NCBI GenBank assembly: GCA_964421955.1
Contig: CAYQYU010000001.1
Coordinates: 32,001-96,000, forward strand
Direction of reading: 5' to 3'
DNA length: 64,000 nt
DNA from: an uncultured archaeon
Lineage (GTDB): Archaea > Nanohalarchaeota > Nanosalinia > Nanosalinales > Nanosalinaceae
The notes under the pieces are model-generated. The model saw only the letters and a program-made list of their open reading frames with translations. It had not been told where the DNA came from and made no database searches. Made by a program: the position numbers and the translations under genes. Shown here in pieces: positions 1 to 9,446 of the stretch (its first letter is position 1; every line of letters starts with the position of its first letter).

Positions 1-197
1 GGCTCCCCTGAGGCGCCTACAGTTTTCACCGAGGTCTCCAGCTTGTCGAGCGAGTTCTGCATCGCAACGAATTCGGAACCCGTCCTGAGCTCGAGCATGG
101 AGCTCTGGGCCTTGAGTATGAAAGGCGTCGAGAGTATGAGAGCGATCCCGAACACAGTTAGATATTCTATAGCCGCTTGGCCCTTATCCGATTTCAC
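1..197 (-). CDS. Class III signal peptide (type IV pilin-like) protein, runs off the window start; not in the ORF track
   Basis: Manual translation from GTG at 197 (or TTG at 203): MKSDKG|QAAIEYLTVFGIALILSTPFILKAQSSMLELRTGSEFVAMQNSLDKLETSVKTVGASGE. KG|QxxxE followed by a hydrophobic stretch is the archaeal prepilin-peptidase signature. Confidence 0.8.
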   Translation of the reverse strand, partial: MKSDKGQAAIEYLTVFGIALILSTPFILKAQSSMLELRTGSEFVAMQNSLDKLETSVKTVGASGE

Positions 198-270
198 ACC
201 CAAAAGTTTCTCAACATGGTTAAAATCACCTGTCCCTCTACAAATAGCCACTATGAGATCACAACGCTTT

Positions 271-277
271 TTTTAAA
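271..277 (+). promoter_or_regulatory. TATA box of ppsA (probably leaderless transcript)
   Basis: TTTTAAA about 28 nt upstream of the ATG at 305. Confidence 0.6.
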
Positions 278-304
278 TGGCGGCGGCCCGAAGCTCTAAC
301 CATA

Positions 305-2827
305 ATGGAAACCGTTCTCTGGTTTGACGAAATCGACTCTGGCGACACCGAACGCGTTGGAGGAAAAAGCGCAAATCTAGGCGAACTCAACAACGAAATT
401 GACGTACCGGTGCTACCGGGGTTCGCGACGACTGCTGACGCATACGACAGGTTCATCAAAGAAACAGACCTGAAGGAAAAGATAGAGACTCTGCTTGATG
501 GCCTCGATACTGACGATGTAAATGATCTGCAGAGGCGGGGAGAAAAAATACGCGCACACATCCAGGAAGCGGACATGCCCCAGGATCTCAAAGACGATTT
601 TGTAGCGGCATACGAGGAGCTGTCGGAACGACTCGGTGTAGATGATCCCGAGGTAGCGGTGCGTTCAAGCGCGACCGCAGAGGATTTACCAGGTGCTTCA
701 TTCGCGGGCCAGCAGGACACATACCTCGATGTTTCCGGAAAACAGAATCTTATAAGGCGGATAAAGGACTGCTTCGCCTCCCTGTTCACGAACCGCGCGA
801 TCAGTTACAGGGAGGACAAGGGATTCTCCCACTTCGACGTTAAACTCTCCGCAGTTGTTCAAAAAATGGGTCGCTCGGATATTGGTGCCGCAGGTGTAAT
901 GTTCACGATCGATCCCGATTCAGGTTTCGAGGAGGTCATAACTATCAACGGCTCTTACGGTCTGGGAGACATGGTCGTCGCGGGAGAGGTCAACCCTGAC
1001 GAGTTCACAGTTTACAAGAGAAACATGGCGATAATAGAGAAGAAGCTAGGAGAAAAAGAGATCAAGGAAGTCAGGAGTGATGACGGAGCTGAAGAAGTCA
1101 AGACAGTCCAGGTTCCCATGGATGAGCGGAACAAGTTCTGCATAACCGACAACCAGGTTAAGGAACTCGCAAGGTACGGGGAAAGAATCGAGGATCACTA
1201 CGAGAAGCCTATGGACATAGAATGGGTACTCGACGGCCAGACCCGGGAACTCTACATTGTACAGGCCCGTCCGGAGACGGTCCAGAGCGAGAAGGATACA
1301 AATGTTATCAAGGATTTCAAGCTGGAGGAAGAATCCCGGGTTTTACTTGAAGGAAGCGCCATCGGTTCAAAGATAGGCACTGGAAAGGCGCACGTTCTTG
1401 AATCTCCGAAGCAGATCGACCAGTTCGAGGAGGGGGAGGTACTCGTAACCGACATGACCGATCCTGACTGGGAACCAATCATGAAAAAGGCAGGCGCCAT
1501 AATAACGAACAAGGGTGGAAGAACATCCCACGCCGCAATTGTCTCCAGGGAACTTGGAGTGCCAGCGGTAATCGGAACCGGGAACGCGACCTCACAGCTC
1601 GATGACCAGCAGCCGGTTACTGTTGACTGCTCATCGAGCGAGGGAAAGATATGGGAAGGGGAGCTCGAATTCAACGTTGAAGAGCACCACCTAGACGAGA
1701 TTCCAGATACTGAAACCGAGGTACAGGTAAACATAGGGGAGCCGAGCGAGGCATTCAACGTGGCACAACTGCCCGTCGAGGGAGTGGGCCTCGCCAGAGA
1801 AGAATTCATAATTTCATCCCATGTCGGCGAACATCCTCTACATCTAATTGAAGAGGGAAGGGAAGATGAGTACGTCGAAGCCCTGCGTTCAGGACTTGGA
1901 AAAATCGGGGCAGCCTTCTACCCCAACCAGGTCGTTGTAAGGCTCTCGGACTTCAAGTCAGACGAGTACGCTGAACTCGAGGGCGGAGGAGAGTACGAAC
2001 CCGAAGAGGCCAACCCGATGCTTGGATTCAGGGGCGCCTCCAGGTACTACGATGATACTTTCTCGCAGGCGTTCGAGCTAGAATGCAAGGCACTGAGGCG
2101 TTGCATCGACGAGCTTGAACTCGACAACATCACTATAATGGTTCCCTTCTGCCGCACTGTCGACGAGGGCAAGAACGTCCGGGCAAAGATGAAGGAATAC
2201 GGTCTCGACCAGGGCGATGTCGACGTCTATGTCATGGCAGAAATCCCGGCCAACATCATCCGGGCAGAGGAGTTCGCCGAGATTTTTGACGGATTCTCGA
2301 TAGGTACCAACGACCTGACACAGCTCACACTCGGCGTTGACAGAAACTCGGACAGGCTGAAAGAAGTCTTTGACGAGAGAGACCCCGCGGTAAAGCAGTC
2401 GATAAGGAAGTTGATACAGCGGGCCCATGCAAAGGACAGGCACGTCGGAATATGTGGAGACGCACCGTCCACACATGATGGCTACGCGGAGTTCCTGGTT
2501 AACGAGGGAATCGACGCAATCTCAGTTTCCCCCGATGTCGCGCTTGAGACGATAGTCAAGGTCGCGGAAGCAGAGGAACAGAAGGAAAGCGGAAGCGAGA
2601 AGTTCGAGTTCAGCATCGAGTCGATGATGGGTGATCCCGCAGGACAGGTCTACGGGGCACTTGAGTCCCATGGAAAGGCGACTGCGGGCAAGCTACTCGA
2701 TTATACACAGGACGCAGTAGACACCCAGACCTTAAACCAGGCGCTGGGATGGCTTGCAAAAGAGGGCAAGATCCAGATCGAGAATCATCGTGGCGCCGTA
2801 ACTTACAGGTTGAAAGATAAGAACTAG
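305..2827 (+). CDS. ppsA: Phosphoenolpyruvate synthase with extra C-terminal winged-helix (DUF2582-like) domain
   Basis: VGGKSANLGE, VAVRSSATAEDLPGASFAGQQDT, phospho-His motif GGRTSHAAIVSRELG, GVGLAREEF, EEANPMLGFRG, FSIGTNDLTQ, GICGD. Confidence 0.97.
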   Translation: METVLWFDEIDSGDTERVGGKSANLGELNNEIDVPVLPGFATTADAYDRFIKETDLKEKIETLLDGLDTDDVNDLQRRGEKIRAHIQEADMPQDLKDDFVAAYEELSERLGVDDPEVAVRSSATAEDLPGASFAGQQDTYLDVSGKQNLIRRIKDCFASLFTNRAISYREDKGFSHFDVKLSAVVQKMGRSDIGAAGVMFTIDPDSGFEEVITINGSYGLGDMVVAGEVNPDEFTVYKRNMAIIEKKLGEKEIKEVRSDDGAEEVKTVQVPMDERNKFCITDNQVKELARYGERIEDHYEKPMDIEWVLDGQTRELYIVQARPETVQSEKDTNVIKDFKLEEESRVLLEGSAIGSKIGTGKAHVLESPKQIDQFEEGEVLVTDMTDPDWEPIMKKAGAIITNKGGRTSHAAIVSRELGVPAVIGTGNATSQLDDQQPVTVDCSSSEGKIWEGELEFNVEEHHLDEIPDTETEVQVNIGEPSEAFNVAQLPVEGVGLAREEFIISSHVGEHPLHLIEEGREDEYVEALRSGLGKIGAAFYPNQVVVRLSDFKSDEYAELEGGGEYEPEEANPMLGFRGASRYYDDTFSQAFELECKALRRCIDELELDNITIMVPFCRTVDEGKNVRAKMKEYGLDQGDVDVYVMAEIPANIIRAEEFAEIFDGFSIGTNDLTQLTLGVDRNSDRLKEVFDERDPAVKQSIRKLIQRAHAKDRHVGICGDAPSTHDGYAEFLVNEGIDAISVSPDVALETIVKVAEAEEQKESGSEKFEFSIESMMGDPAGQVYGALESHGKATAGKLLDYTQDAVDTQTLNQALGWLAKEGKIQIENHRGAVTYRLKDKN

Positions 2828-2832
2828 GGTAA

Positions 2833-3249
2833 CTACTGGACATCTATTACCTGGTCCTGGATGGTTTCTCCCCGGTGCTTCAGGATGACCCTGTAGACTC
2901 CTTCTTCGATAGGCCTTGTCTCCGCGTCGTATACTACCACTCCACGGCAGCTGTCGAAGAAATTTGTGAGCGGGATTATATCAGTGGTCTCGATATCCAG
3001 GACTATGCTGTCACCTGACCTTGTGTAACTGTAGTCGAGATCTGCCATCGTGCTCTCCACGGGGAACATTCCCGAAAATGCAAGAGATCCTCTATCCTGT
3101 AGGTCGATCCTGGACTGGGGTCCGCGGTCGTAACTGCATTCAGTTTCGAGATCTGAGAACGAAATTGCGCCTGGTTCCCGGTCCGCGGTGATCAGCAGGA
3201 CAACTCCAATCAGGACCAGAACTGTCACTACTGTCCAGAACTTTGACAT
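2833..3249 (-). CDS. Hypothetical protein with N-terminal membrane anchor and small beta-sandwich domain
   Basis: 138-aa ORF, hydrophobic N-terminus, Cys pair, TTTATAA promoter upstream. Confidence 0.75.
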   Translation of the reverse strand: MSKFWTVVTVLVLIGVVLLITADREPGAISFSDLETECSYDRGPQSRIDLQDRGSLAFSGMFPVESTMADLDYSYTRSGDSIVLDIETTDIIPLTNFFDSCRGVVVYDAETRPIEEGVYRVILKHRGETIQDQVIDVQ

Positions 3250-3361
3250 AGTTACTAGTTTAGAGTAAAAAATTATAAACTGTTGGGTGAAAACCTGAAC
3301 TTAGGTCTTCTAAGACCAGCATCACCAAGTTTATTAACAGTGAAGCCGAATTCTTCGATAG

Positions 3362-4144
3362 ATGAACCAGGGCAGAGTAATTGGACTCATATCCGGTAAG
3401 GGGGGCGTCGGAAAGACCAGCCTTACTGTGAATCTGGGTATATCACTCTCTCGACTTGGCAACGAAGTAACTGTGATCGACGGCGACTTCTCCTCTTCAA
3501 ACATAGGCGTGCACCTGGGCAGATACGATCACCCTGTAAAGGTGCAGCACGTTCTCGAGGGAGAGGCACATCCTGAAACCGCGGTCTTCAGACATCCAAC
3601 GGGCATAATGGCGGCGGTCTCGTCCAACGAGATAGATATGGTCGAACCCGATACCTCACGGGTCAGGAACCTGGTGCAGCACGCGGCTCAGAACTCGGAC
3701 TACGTTCTTGTCGACTGTCCACCAGGTCTCAACGGTACGGTGGAAGATGTGATGGACGCGTGCGACGAACTAATGATAGTTACAATGCCAACGCAGACCT
3801 CGGGCATCAACGCAGCCCAGGTGATAGAGAAGGCCAAGGAGATGAGAAAGCCAATTCTCGGCACAGTCGTGAACATGTCAGAAGGCGACCCGGAAAAGGA
3901 GCTCGTGAACAGGGAAGTGGAGATGCTCACGGAGTCACACATACTCGCCGAGATCCCGTACGACCACGAGATGAAGAAGAGTCTCTTCGACAACCATCCT
4001 CTGGTGCTCAACGAGTCGCTTTCGGATGCGGCGATAGAGATACAGCAGCTCGCACATGACCTTGACGGCAGAGACTTTGAAAGGCCCGCTTTCCCGAAGT
4101 TCAAGAGAGGGGTCAGAAAGCTTAAAGAGGCATTCAGCAGCTAA
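3362..4144 (+). CDS. minD: MinD/ParA-family ATPase
   Basis: Deviant Walker A SGKGGVGKT, VIDGD, VLVDCPPG, C-terminal amphipathic helix FKRGVRKLKEAF. Confidence 0.9.
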   Translation: MNQGRVIGLISGKGGVGKTSLTVNLGISLSRLGNEVTVIDGDFSSSNIGVHLGRYDHPVKVQHVLEGEAHPETAVFRHPTGIMAAVSSNEIDMVEPDTSRVRNLVQHAAQNSDYVLVDCPPGLNGTVEDVMDACDELMIVTMPTQTSGINAAQVIEKAKEMRKPILGTVVNMSEGDPEKELVNREVEMLTESHILAEIPYDHEMKKSLFDNHPLVLNESLSDAAIEIQQLAHDLDGRDFERPAFPKFKRGVRKLKEAFSS

Positions 4145-4175
4145 TTTTATTTTAGTTACAGAAATTTTCCCGGAT

Positions 4176-7028
4176 TCAGTGCATCGTCTTCTCGTGTAGC
4201 TTCTTTGCCGATGCGGTGTCGAATGACTCTCCACATGTACCGCAACTGTACTTGCCTGAATCCTGGTCTTCACTTCCATGTGATTCTTCCTGCTGTGTCT
4301 GCTCCACGTTCTCCTGTGTCGGCTCCGTATCTGCAGGTGCTTCCTTCTGCCCAGGATTCTGCTGTGTCTGATCTGGCGCCTGGTTTGCCCGTCCCTGTTC
4401 TCCTGTATTCTCCTGTTTCTGTGCGTTCACACGTGGAGGCTGACCTGTCTTGGGTGAAGACTGTTTTGCACTCACGTCCGGTTTCTGGACCTCGCGCCCG
4501 GAACGCGCGGCAGATCCCTGACCTGTGCTCGGCTGGGCTCCGCTCATGAGTTCTCTCCCGCTTCCATCCTTCTTTTTCTTGATCGCGGCGGACAGAACCA
4601 TAGTGAACAGTACCAGGAGCCCCAGAACCATGTTGAGACTGCTCTGGCTCGCCAGGAACTCTCCTGTCGCATTCACGACCTCTGATCCGGGAAGGCTCAT
4701 GGGCTCCTCCTGCTCTTCCTCCCGCGTCGACGACTGCTGCTGGTTTGAATCTGGATTTCCTGAGATTACAGACTGGACTGTAACTATGTCGTTTAATGAG
4801 TTGCCGTTATCGGCGGCCACACCCGTGACCTCAGCCCTGAACTGCGGGTAGTCTCTGCATCTACCATCTTCTCCACAGTAGTCAGCCGGTATCTTCGCCT
4901 CTATCGTGGTTGTCCGGGAACTCTTCGCCGGAAGTGTGTCCCAGGACTCTGTAGTGAAGTTATACCAGTCAGTATTCAGGCCCCTTATCGCAACCTTTAC
5001 ATCCTTCGCGTCCACCTGACCGTTGTTGGAAATTGTTATATCGGTCTCCGTTCTCTGTCCAGGAATCAGGGTAACTGTATCAGGCGGATTTATGGATATC
5101 TCTCTTTCCACAAAGACTGTCAGCTCCTGATCAATCATCTTTTCAAAGCCGGTGTGTGGCGGTCTTGATCCAGCAACCTTCAGATCGTAGACCCCTGTGT
5201 CACCGGGGGCGGACATGTCGGCCTCGAAAATCCCCCGATCATTGGTTTCTGCCGTCGAGTTTCTCACTACCTGATCTCCGTCAAGCAACATTACCTCGAC
5301 ACTGGCTCCCTGAATTCCGTCACCTTCGTTATCAGTTACAGTGCCGGAAACAGTAAGATCTCCGTTAACCGGTAGACGGTCGCTGCTTATACTTATAGAA
5401 TCAAGCTGCAGTACGGTTTCCTTGACCATCATGTAGGAGTTGAAAAGCAGCTTCTTCGTGCTTGTGACGTTGACTGGTCTGACATCGAAGTTTACCTCTC
5501 CTACCGTAGGATAGATTCTATCGGAACTGAGCTCGACCTCCTCGAACTCGCTGTTACATTCAAACGTGTCGAAAAGCCAGTTCCTGCACTCAAAGACCTT
5601 TATGTTCCTGAAGTCGACTCTTCCCGGGTTGTAGTTCATGCTGAGAGTTGCGTCTTCAAACGGGTAGCCCCAGCTGACGGCAGCCGCGGTCAGCACGTTG
5701 ACCTCCTGTCCCGATCCCTCCAGTTTCTTGCCGGGAATCTGGTCATATCTTATCCTGTTGTTCCCCTGGAGATCGCCCGTAATCTCTACTTCATTCAGAT
5801 TGAGTCTTGCACCCGGGAACCTCGCAGTCACGTTGTATTTGCCGGGAAGGAGCTTCTGGCTGTATTTTCCTGCGTTGTCAGTACCAAAACTATCCAGTAC
5901 ACCGTCTCGGCGGGTCTCGATGGTCACGTCCACCGGTCTCCCCGTAGAGTCCTTCACGACTCCGCTGAATGATACATACTTCTTGACTTTGAAACGGGCA
6001 ATTTCTGTTCCACTGTTCCTGTCCAGCCCGACCACGAAGGTGTAGGATCCGTAGTCAAGACCCGGTCTCTTCGAGAGCTTGAGCGAGTAACCCCCGGACT
6101 GGCTTGTTGCGGAAGACTCCACCCATTCACCCTGGCTCACCTCGTCTCCGTTCTCAAGAACCTCTACGTAGAAATCCTCAGATTCCAGAGTATTAACATC
6201 CTCTCCCTTGTTCCTGGCCCTTACCTTGAGCCTGTAGTTCCCTGTGTTCGAGAATAAATAGTCGTATGAGAATTCTCTATCAGCGAGTGTATTGTTTGCG
6301 TTCGAGTTGAGAATCTGGAAGGTCCACGGCCTCCTGACGTGGACTGTCTGGCCGCTTCCCTGGACCTCCGCGTTCTTTGCAGTATTGTAGTCCGCGGTGG
6401 CTATGAGCCTGTGGTCCCCGGTATCCACGTCGTGCGGAACCGTTGCCGTAAGCTCTGCGTTCTGGTTGGAGCTGTACATAACCCCCTCAAGCTCCAGCTC
6501 GGTTCCGTCCAGAAATTCAGCCTCGTAAAAATCCGGGTCGTCCTTCAGGGTCAGGGAGCCCAGACCAGGGGCAGCTCCAGAAATCTCCAAGTCGAAACTT
6601 TCTCCCCTGTAAACATCAACTGTTCCAGAGGGCTCCTCAAGGTTGGGCACAAACCTAGTAAGACTCATCTGCTGTGTGTCGTCGGCCGAGCCAGTGTTCG
6701 TCCAGCTGCAGTAAAGCTTGATCTGCCAGTCCCCGTAGTTCTCGTTGATACTGTCACTGCTCAACGGGAGAGAGAAGGATCCATCGCTGACGTTGATCCT
6801 CTGGAATTCGTATGAGTCATCCATGGCTTCCAGCTTGATCTGCGGGGTGTCCGGACTGTCACAGCTGTAGGCCCCATCAAGTATATTGTCGGTCTCCTGT
6901 TCCAGCCAGATCGTCTTGTCCTGATCCGTAACGTTGATACTGGAGGCCGCGGTTGCAGTACCGAGAAATAGACCGGTAAGAACCAGGAGATAGAAGAGTT
7001 TCGAAGCTCTCACGGCTTTTAAAACCAT
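4176..7028 (-). CDS. Secreted multi-Ig/carboxypeptidase-regulatory-like surface protein with TM anchor, low-complexity cytoplasmic tail and terminal C2H2 zinc finger
   Basis: Signal peptide (…TATA|AS), GVVKDSTGRPV and GTVTDNEGDGIQGA beta-sandwich starts, NEW3/CARDB-like ITISNNGQVDAKDV, TM followed by KKKK, terminal CGTCGESFDTASAKKLHEKTMH. Confidence 0.85.
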   Translation of the reverse strand: MVLKAVRASKLFYLLVLTGLFLGTATAASSINVTDQDKTIWLEQETDNILDGAYSCDSPDTPQIKLEAMDDSYEFQRINVSDGSFSLPLSSDSINENYGDWQIKLYCSWTNTGSADDTQQMSLTRFVPNLEEPSGTVDVYRGESFDLEISGAAPGLGSLTLKDDPDFYEAEFLDGTELELEGVMYSSNQNAELTATVPHDVDTGDHRLIATADYNTAKNAEVQGSGQTVHVRRPWTFQILNSNANNTLADREFSYDYLFSNTGNYRLKVRARNKGEDVNTLESEDFYVEVLENGDEVSQGEWVESSATSQSGGYSLKLSKRPGLDYGSYTFVVGLDRNSGTEIARFKVKKYVSFSGVVKDSTGRPVDVTIETRRDGVLDSFGTDNAGKYSQKLLPGKYNVTARFPGARLNLNEVEITGDLQGNNRIRYDQIPGKKLEGSGQEVNVLTAAAVSWGYPFEDATLSMNYNPGRVDFRNIKVFECRNWLFDTFECNSEFEEVELSSDRIYPTVGEVNFDVRPVNVTSTKKLLFNSYMMVKETVLQLDSISISSDRLPVNGDLTVSGTVTDNEGDGIQGASVEVMLLDGDQVVRNSTAETNDRGIFEADMSAPGDTGVYDLKVAGSRPPHTGFEKMIDQELTVFVEREISINPPDTVTLIPGQRTETDITISNNGQVDAKDVKVAIRGLNTDWYNFTTESWDTLPAKSSRTTTIEAKIPADYCGEDGRCRDYPQFRAEVTGVAADNGNSLNDIVTVQSVISGNPDSNQQQSSTREEEQEEPMSLPGSEVVNATGEFLASQSSLNMVLGLLVLFTMVLSAAIKKKKDGSGRELMSGAQPSTGQGSAARSGREVQKPDVSAKQSSPKTGQPPRVNAQKQENTGEQGRANQAPDQTQQNPGQKEAPADTEPTQENVEQTQQEESHGSEDQDSGKYSCGTCGESFDTASAKKLHEKTMH

Positions 7029-7049
7029 ATACTATAATTGTGCGCACCT

Positions 7050-7847
7050 TTACTTTAAAGATTTAATTTTTTCAGGCACTGAAACCGCGACTATCAGCAG
7101 GTAAATATTCAGCACCACGGAAAGCAACAGGAAAATCTCCAGCATGTTCTCCCTGATTATCTCGACGGCTGTCGGCTGCGGCTCCAGCCGGACCTTGGTC
7201 TCGCCGAGAACCTCTCCCTCAGAATCTATGACTTTGTAGGTAAGATTGGTGGCCGGACTGAAAATCGGTGCATCATACTTCACATCCGTCCTCGAACCCT
7301 CTATCCGTGCGGAGGACACCTTCCATCCTGGCGGCGATTCCTCTGGTATGAGCACACCACTATCGGCCTCCAGTGTTAATGTGGCGGCAGAGGAGTTGAC
7401 CGATCGGGTCCTGGACTCCACTGTCTCATTGTTTTCTCGCGGCATTTCAGCGTGGAACTCTCCAGTCTCGATCTGTTCCTGTTGTCCGCAGTACTGTAGT
7501 GTCAGGTTGAACGGCACAGTTCCGTTCGAACCTGGAAGATAACGTACCTGTGCCAGCGATGTATCTCCGGGCCAGAGAGCGTACGGTTCCGACCACGCCA
7601 CTTCCCGGGTCCCATTGGATTCAAACTCCGCGGCCATTCTGTAGGTACAGCCCACCGATCCTGGGTTTTCGAGAGTCAGGTTGATTGTCTGGTAGCTATC
7701 GGTCCTGTTGTGATAATGTAGATCGTAGATTGCGTGTTCCGTTACCCCGTGTATATCAACGAGGAATTCCAGCGACGCGGCCTGGCCGGTGAAAAACACC
7801 GCCGCGAATGCTACCAGGGATAGAATCTTGATTTTATGTCGAGCCAT
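7050..7847 (-). CDS. Secreted Ig-like protein with C-terminal TM anchor
   Basis: Signal peptide from ATG 7847 (ORF extends to 7859), LTLENPGSVG…LWPGD Ig-like domain, C-terminal TM helix. Confidence 0.8.
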   Translation of the reverse strand: MARHKIKILSLVAFAAVFFTGQAASLEFLVDIHGVTEHAIYDLHYHNRTDSYQTINLTLENPGSVGCTYRMAAEFESNGTREVAWSEPYALWPGDTSLAQVRYLPGSNGTVPFNLTLQYCGQQEQIETGEFHAEMPRENNETVESRTRSVNSSAATLTLEADSGVLIPEESPPGWKVSSARIEGSRTDVKYDAPIFSPATNLTYKVIDSEGEVLGETKVRLEPQPTAVEIIRENMLEIFLLLSVVLNIYLLIVAVSVPEKIKSLK

Positions 7848-8260
7848 CTGTTGCCCCATTTGTTCTTTGGTGCCTGGGTATGTATATCTACATCCCCGAC
7901 ATAGTAGCCCGTTTCCGATGCGTTGAACTTGATACTTATCTCCTTCTCGCCCTGGAAGTAGTTCTTCTTATTATATATGAGATGCTGGGAGATATTGCCG
8001 GAAGACTTTATCCAGACCAGTGACTTCCGCGGCGCATCCAGGTTGAGGAACTTTATCGACTTCGATCCCTCCGGTATGCTCCCGAAGCGGAGCTGTGGGT
8101 TCGTGACTATGCCCAGCTTCTGGGTATCATTTCCCTTTTCTATGACGGTGGCGTTTGCCTTGAAGCTCGAGACCTGAATGTTCGTAATTTGCTTCTCTAC
8201 GGCAGGCATGCTGAGCAGAAGGCCTGTCAGGATACTTGCCAGTACTATTCCAGCTGCCAT
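7811..8260 (-). CDS. Small exported protein, candidate minor pilin-like subunit
   Basis: N-terminal hydrophobic segment; LRFGSIPEG, VWIKSS and GYYVGDVDI resemble motifs in the C-terminal domain of the giant proteins. Confidence 0.75.
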   Translation of the reverse strand: MAAGIVLASILTGLLLSMPAVEKQITNIQVSSFKANATVIEKGNDTQKLGIVTNPQLRFGSIPEGSKSIKFLNLDAPRKSLVWIKSSGNISQHLIYNKKNYFQGEKEISIKFNASETGYYVGDVDIHTQAPKNKWGNRWLDIKSRFYPW

Positions 8261-8270
8261 CCTGTTAATC

Positions 8271-9359
8271 TCACATCACCCTGTATACCACAAATGCTGT
8301 TAACAATAAAAGAATACCTATCAGGTAGACCGGGAGCTCGGTCACCAGCACGAATATAGAGATCGCGAAGAAGAACATCGCGACCACTATCCATATCGGG
8401 TCGATGTCGAAGAAATACATCAACACTCCTATGAGTACTAGCACTATAACGACGAGCCAGATCGGTATTCCCTGGCCCTCTCCGTCATCATCCGAACTCT
8501 CTATCTGTATGTAGTCCGAAATCTGGACGCTCTCATCGATAAATGCGTTGCCAGTTATGTAGTTCATCTCGCCCCGGGCCCTGAACTCGCCACCCTCGAC
8601 CCGGTCACCGCTCCAGTATGTGCTTATAACCTTGGTCTGTCCCGGACTCAGGTACATACCTCCAGTTGTCAGCGCACCAGTCGTATTACCGAAGTCGTTG
8701 AAAAGAATGGTCTCGGCCCGGGAAATCCTCGTCGTAACGGTTCCCTGATTTTTCAGCAGGAAGTCGAGCCTTGCCTGCTGCTCGCCAGTTCTTATCCCGT
8801 TGACCTCAAGTATCTCGATATTTCTCTCTGCACTGCCGGGGACGCGGAAAACAAACACGAACTGCGTTACCCCCATCGTAGAGACTCCTGTACCCGAGCC
8901 ACCCGAACCTACCTGGGGATTCAGGTTTATTGCTCCCGCGTGATACCCTGGTTCAGCGCTCTGCGGAACCTCAAGGAAAAAACGAACCTCTCCATTAACA
9001 TTGGCTACGCCACCGTCCTCCAGCGAAACAAGACCCTGGGTTTCGGGAAAAACCTGGAACCGCTTCTGCGGAAAGCTCACCCAGGAGCTTATATCCTCCT
9101 GCGAGGCCTCCTGAGGCACGAAATCGTACCTGCCGTGGACTTCCTCCCTGTATATTGTGGACTGGGGTCTGTTGAACCCCGGCCGGACATGGAAAGGGCT
9201 TTCCATGTTCGATACGACGTAGAACTTTACCTGCCTCTGTTCACCTCTCTCGATCTCGCCGAGATCCTTTACACCCGGTGCCGTCCCAACGTAGATCGCG
9301 GCAGAATTCGAGACGAACAGGAGTGCGAAAAACAGTATTAACTGGCTTTTCCTTACCAT
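8271..9359 (-). CDS. DUF916/DUF3324 (WxL-interacting-protein)-like two-domain exported protein with C-terminal TM helices; candidate assembly chaperone/platform
   Basis: SSWVSF…VRFFLEVPQSAEPGYHAGAINL (domain 1), LKNQGTV…NDFG…LSPGQTK…W…GEFRA (domain 2), three hydrophobic C-terminal segments. Family call is by eye. Confidence 0.65.
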   Translation of the reverse strand: MVRKSQLILFFALLFVSNSAAIYVGTAPGVKDLGEIERGEQRQVKFYVVSNMESPFHVRPGFNRPQSTIYREEVHGRYDFVPQEASQEDISSWVSFPQKRFQVFPETQGLVSLEDGGVANVNGEVRFFLEVPQSAEPGYHAGAINLNPQVGSGGSGTGVSTMGVTQFVFVFRVPGSAERNIEILEVNGIRTGEQQARLDFLLKNQGTVTTRISRAETILFNDFGNTTGALTTGGMYLSPGQTKVISTYWSGDRVEGGEFRARGEMNYITGNAFIDESVQISDYIQIESSDDDGEGQGIPIWLVVIVLVLIGVLMYFFDIDPIWIVVAMFFFAISIFVLVTELPVYLIGILLLLTAFVVYRVM

Positions 9360-9446
9360 AGCTTAACACAGATAACTTGACACATTTAATTTATACAACT
9401 TTACACTCCTAGGTTGTTAGAAAAGGCCACACAGGCGAACGCTACC

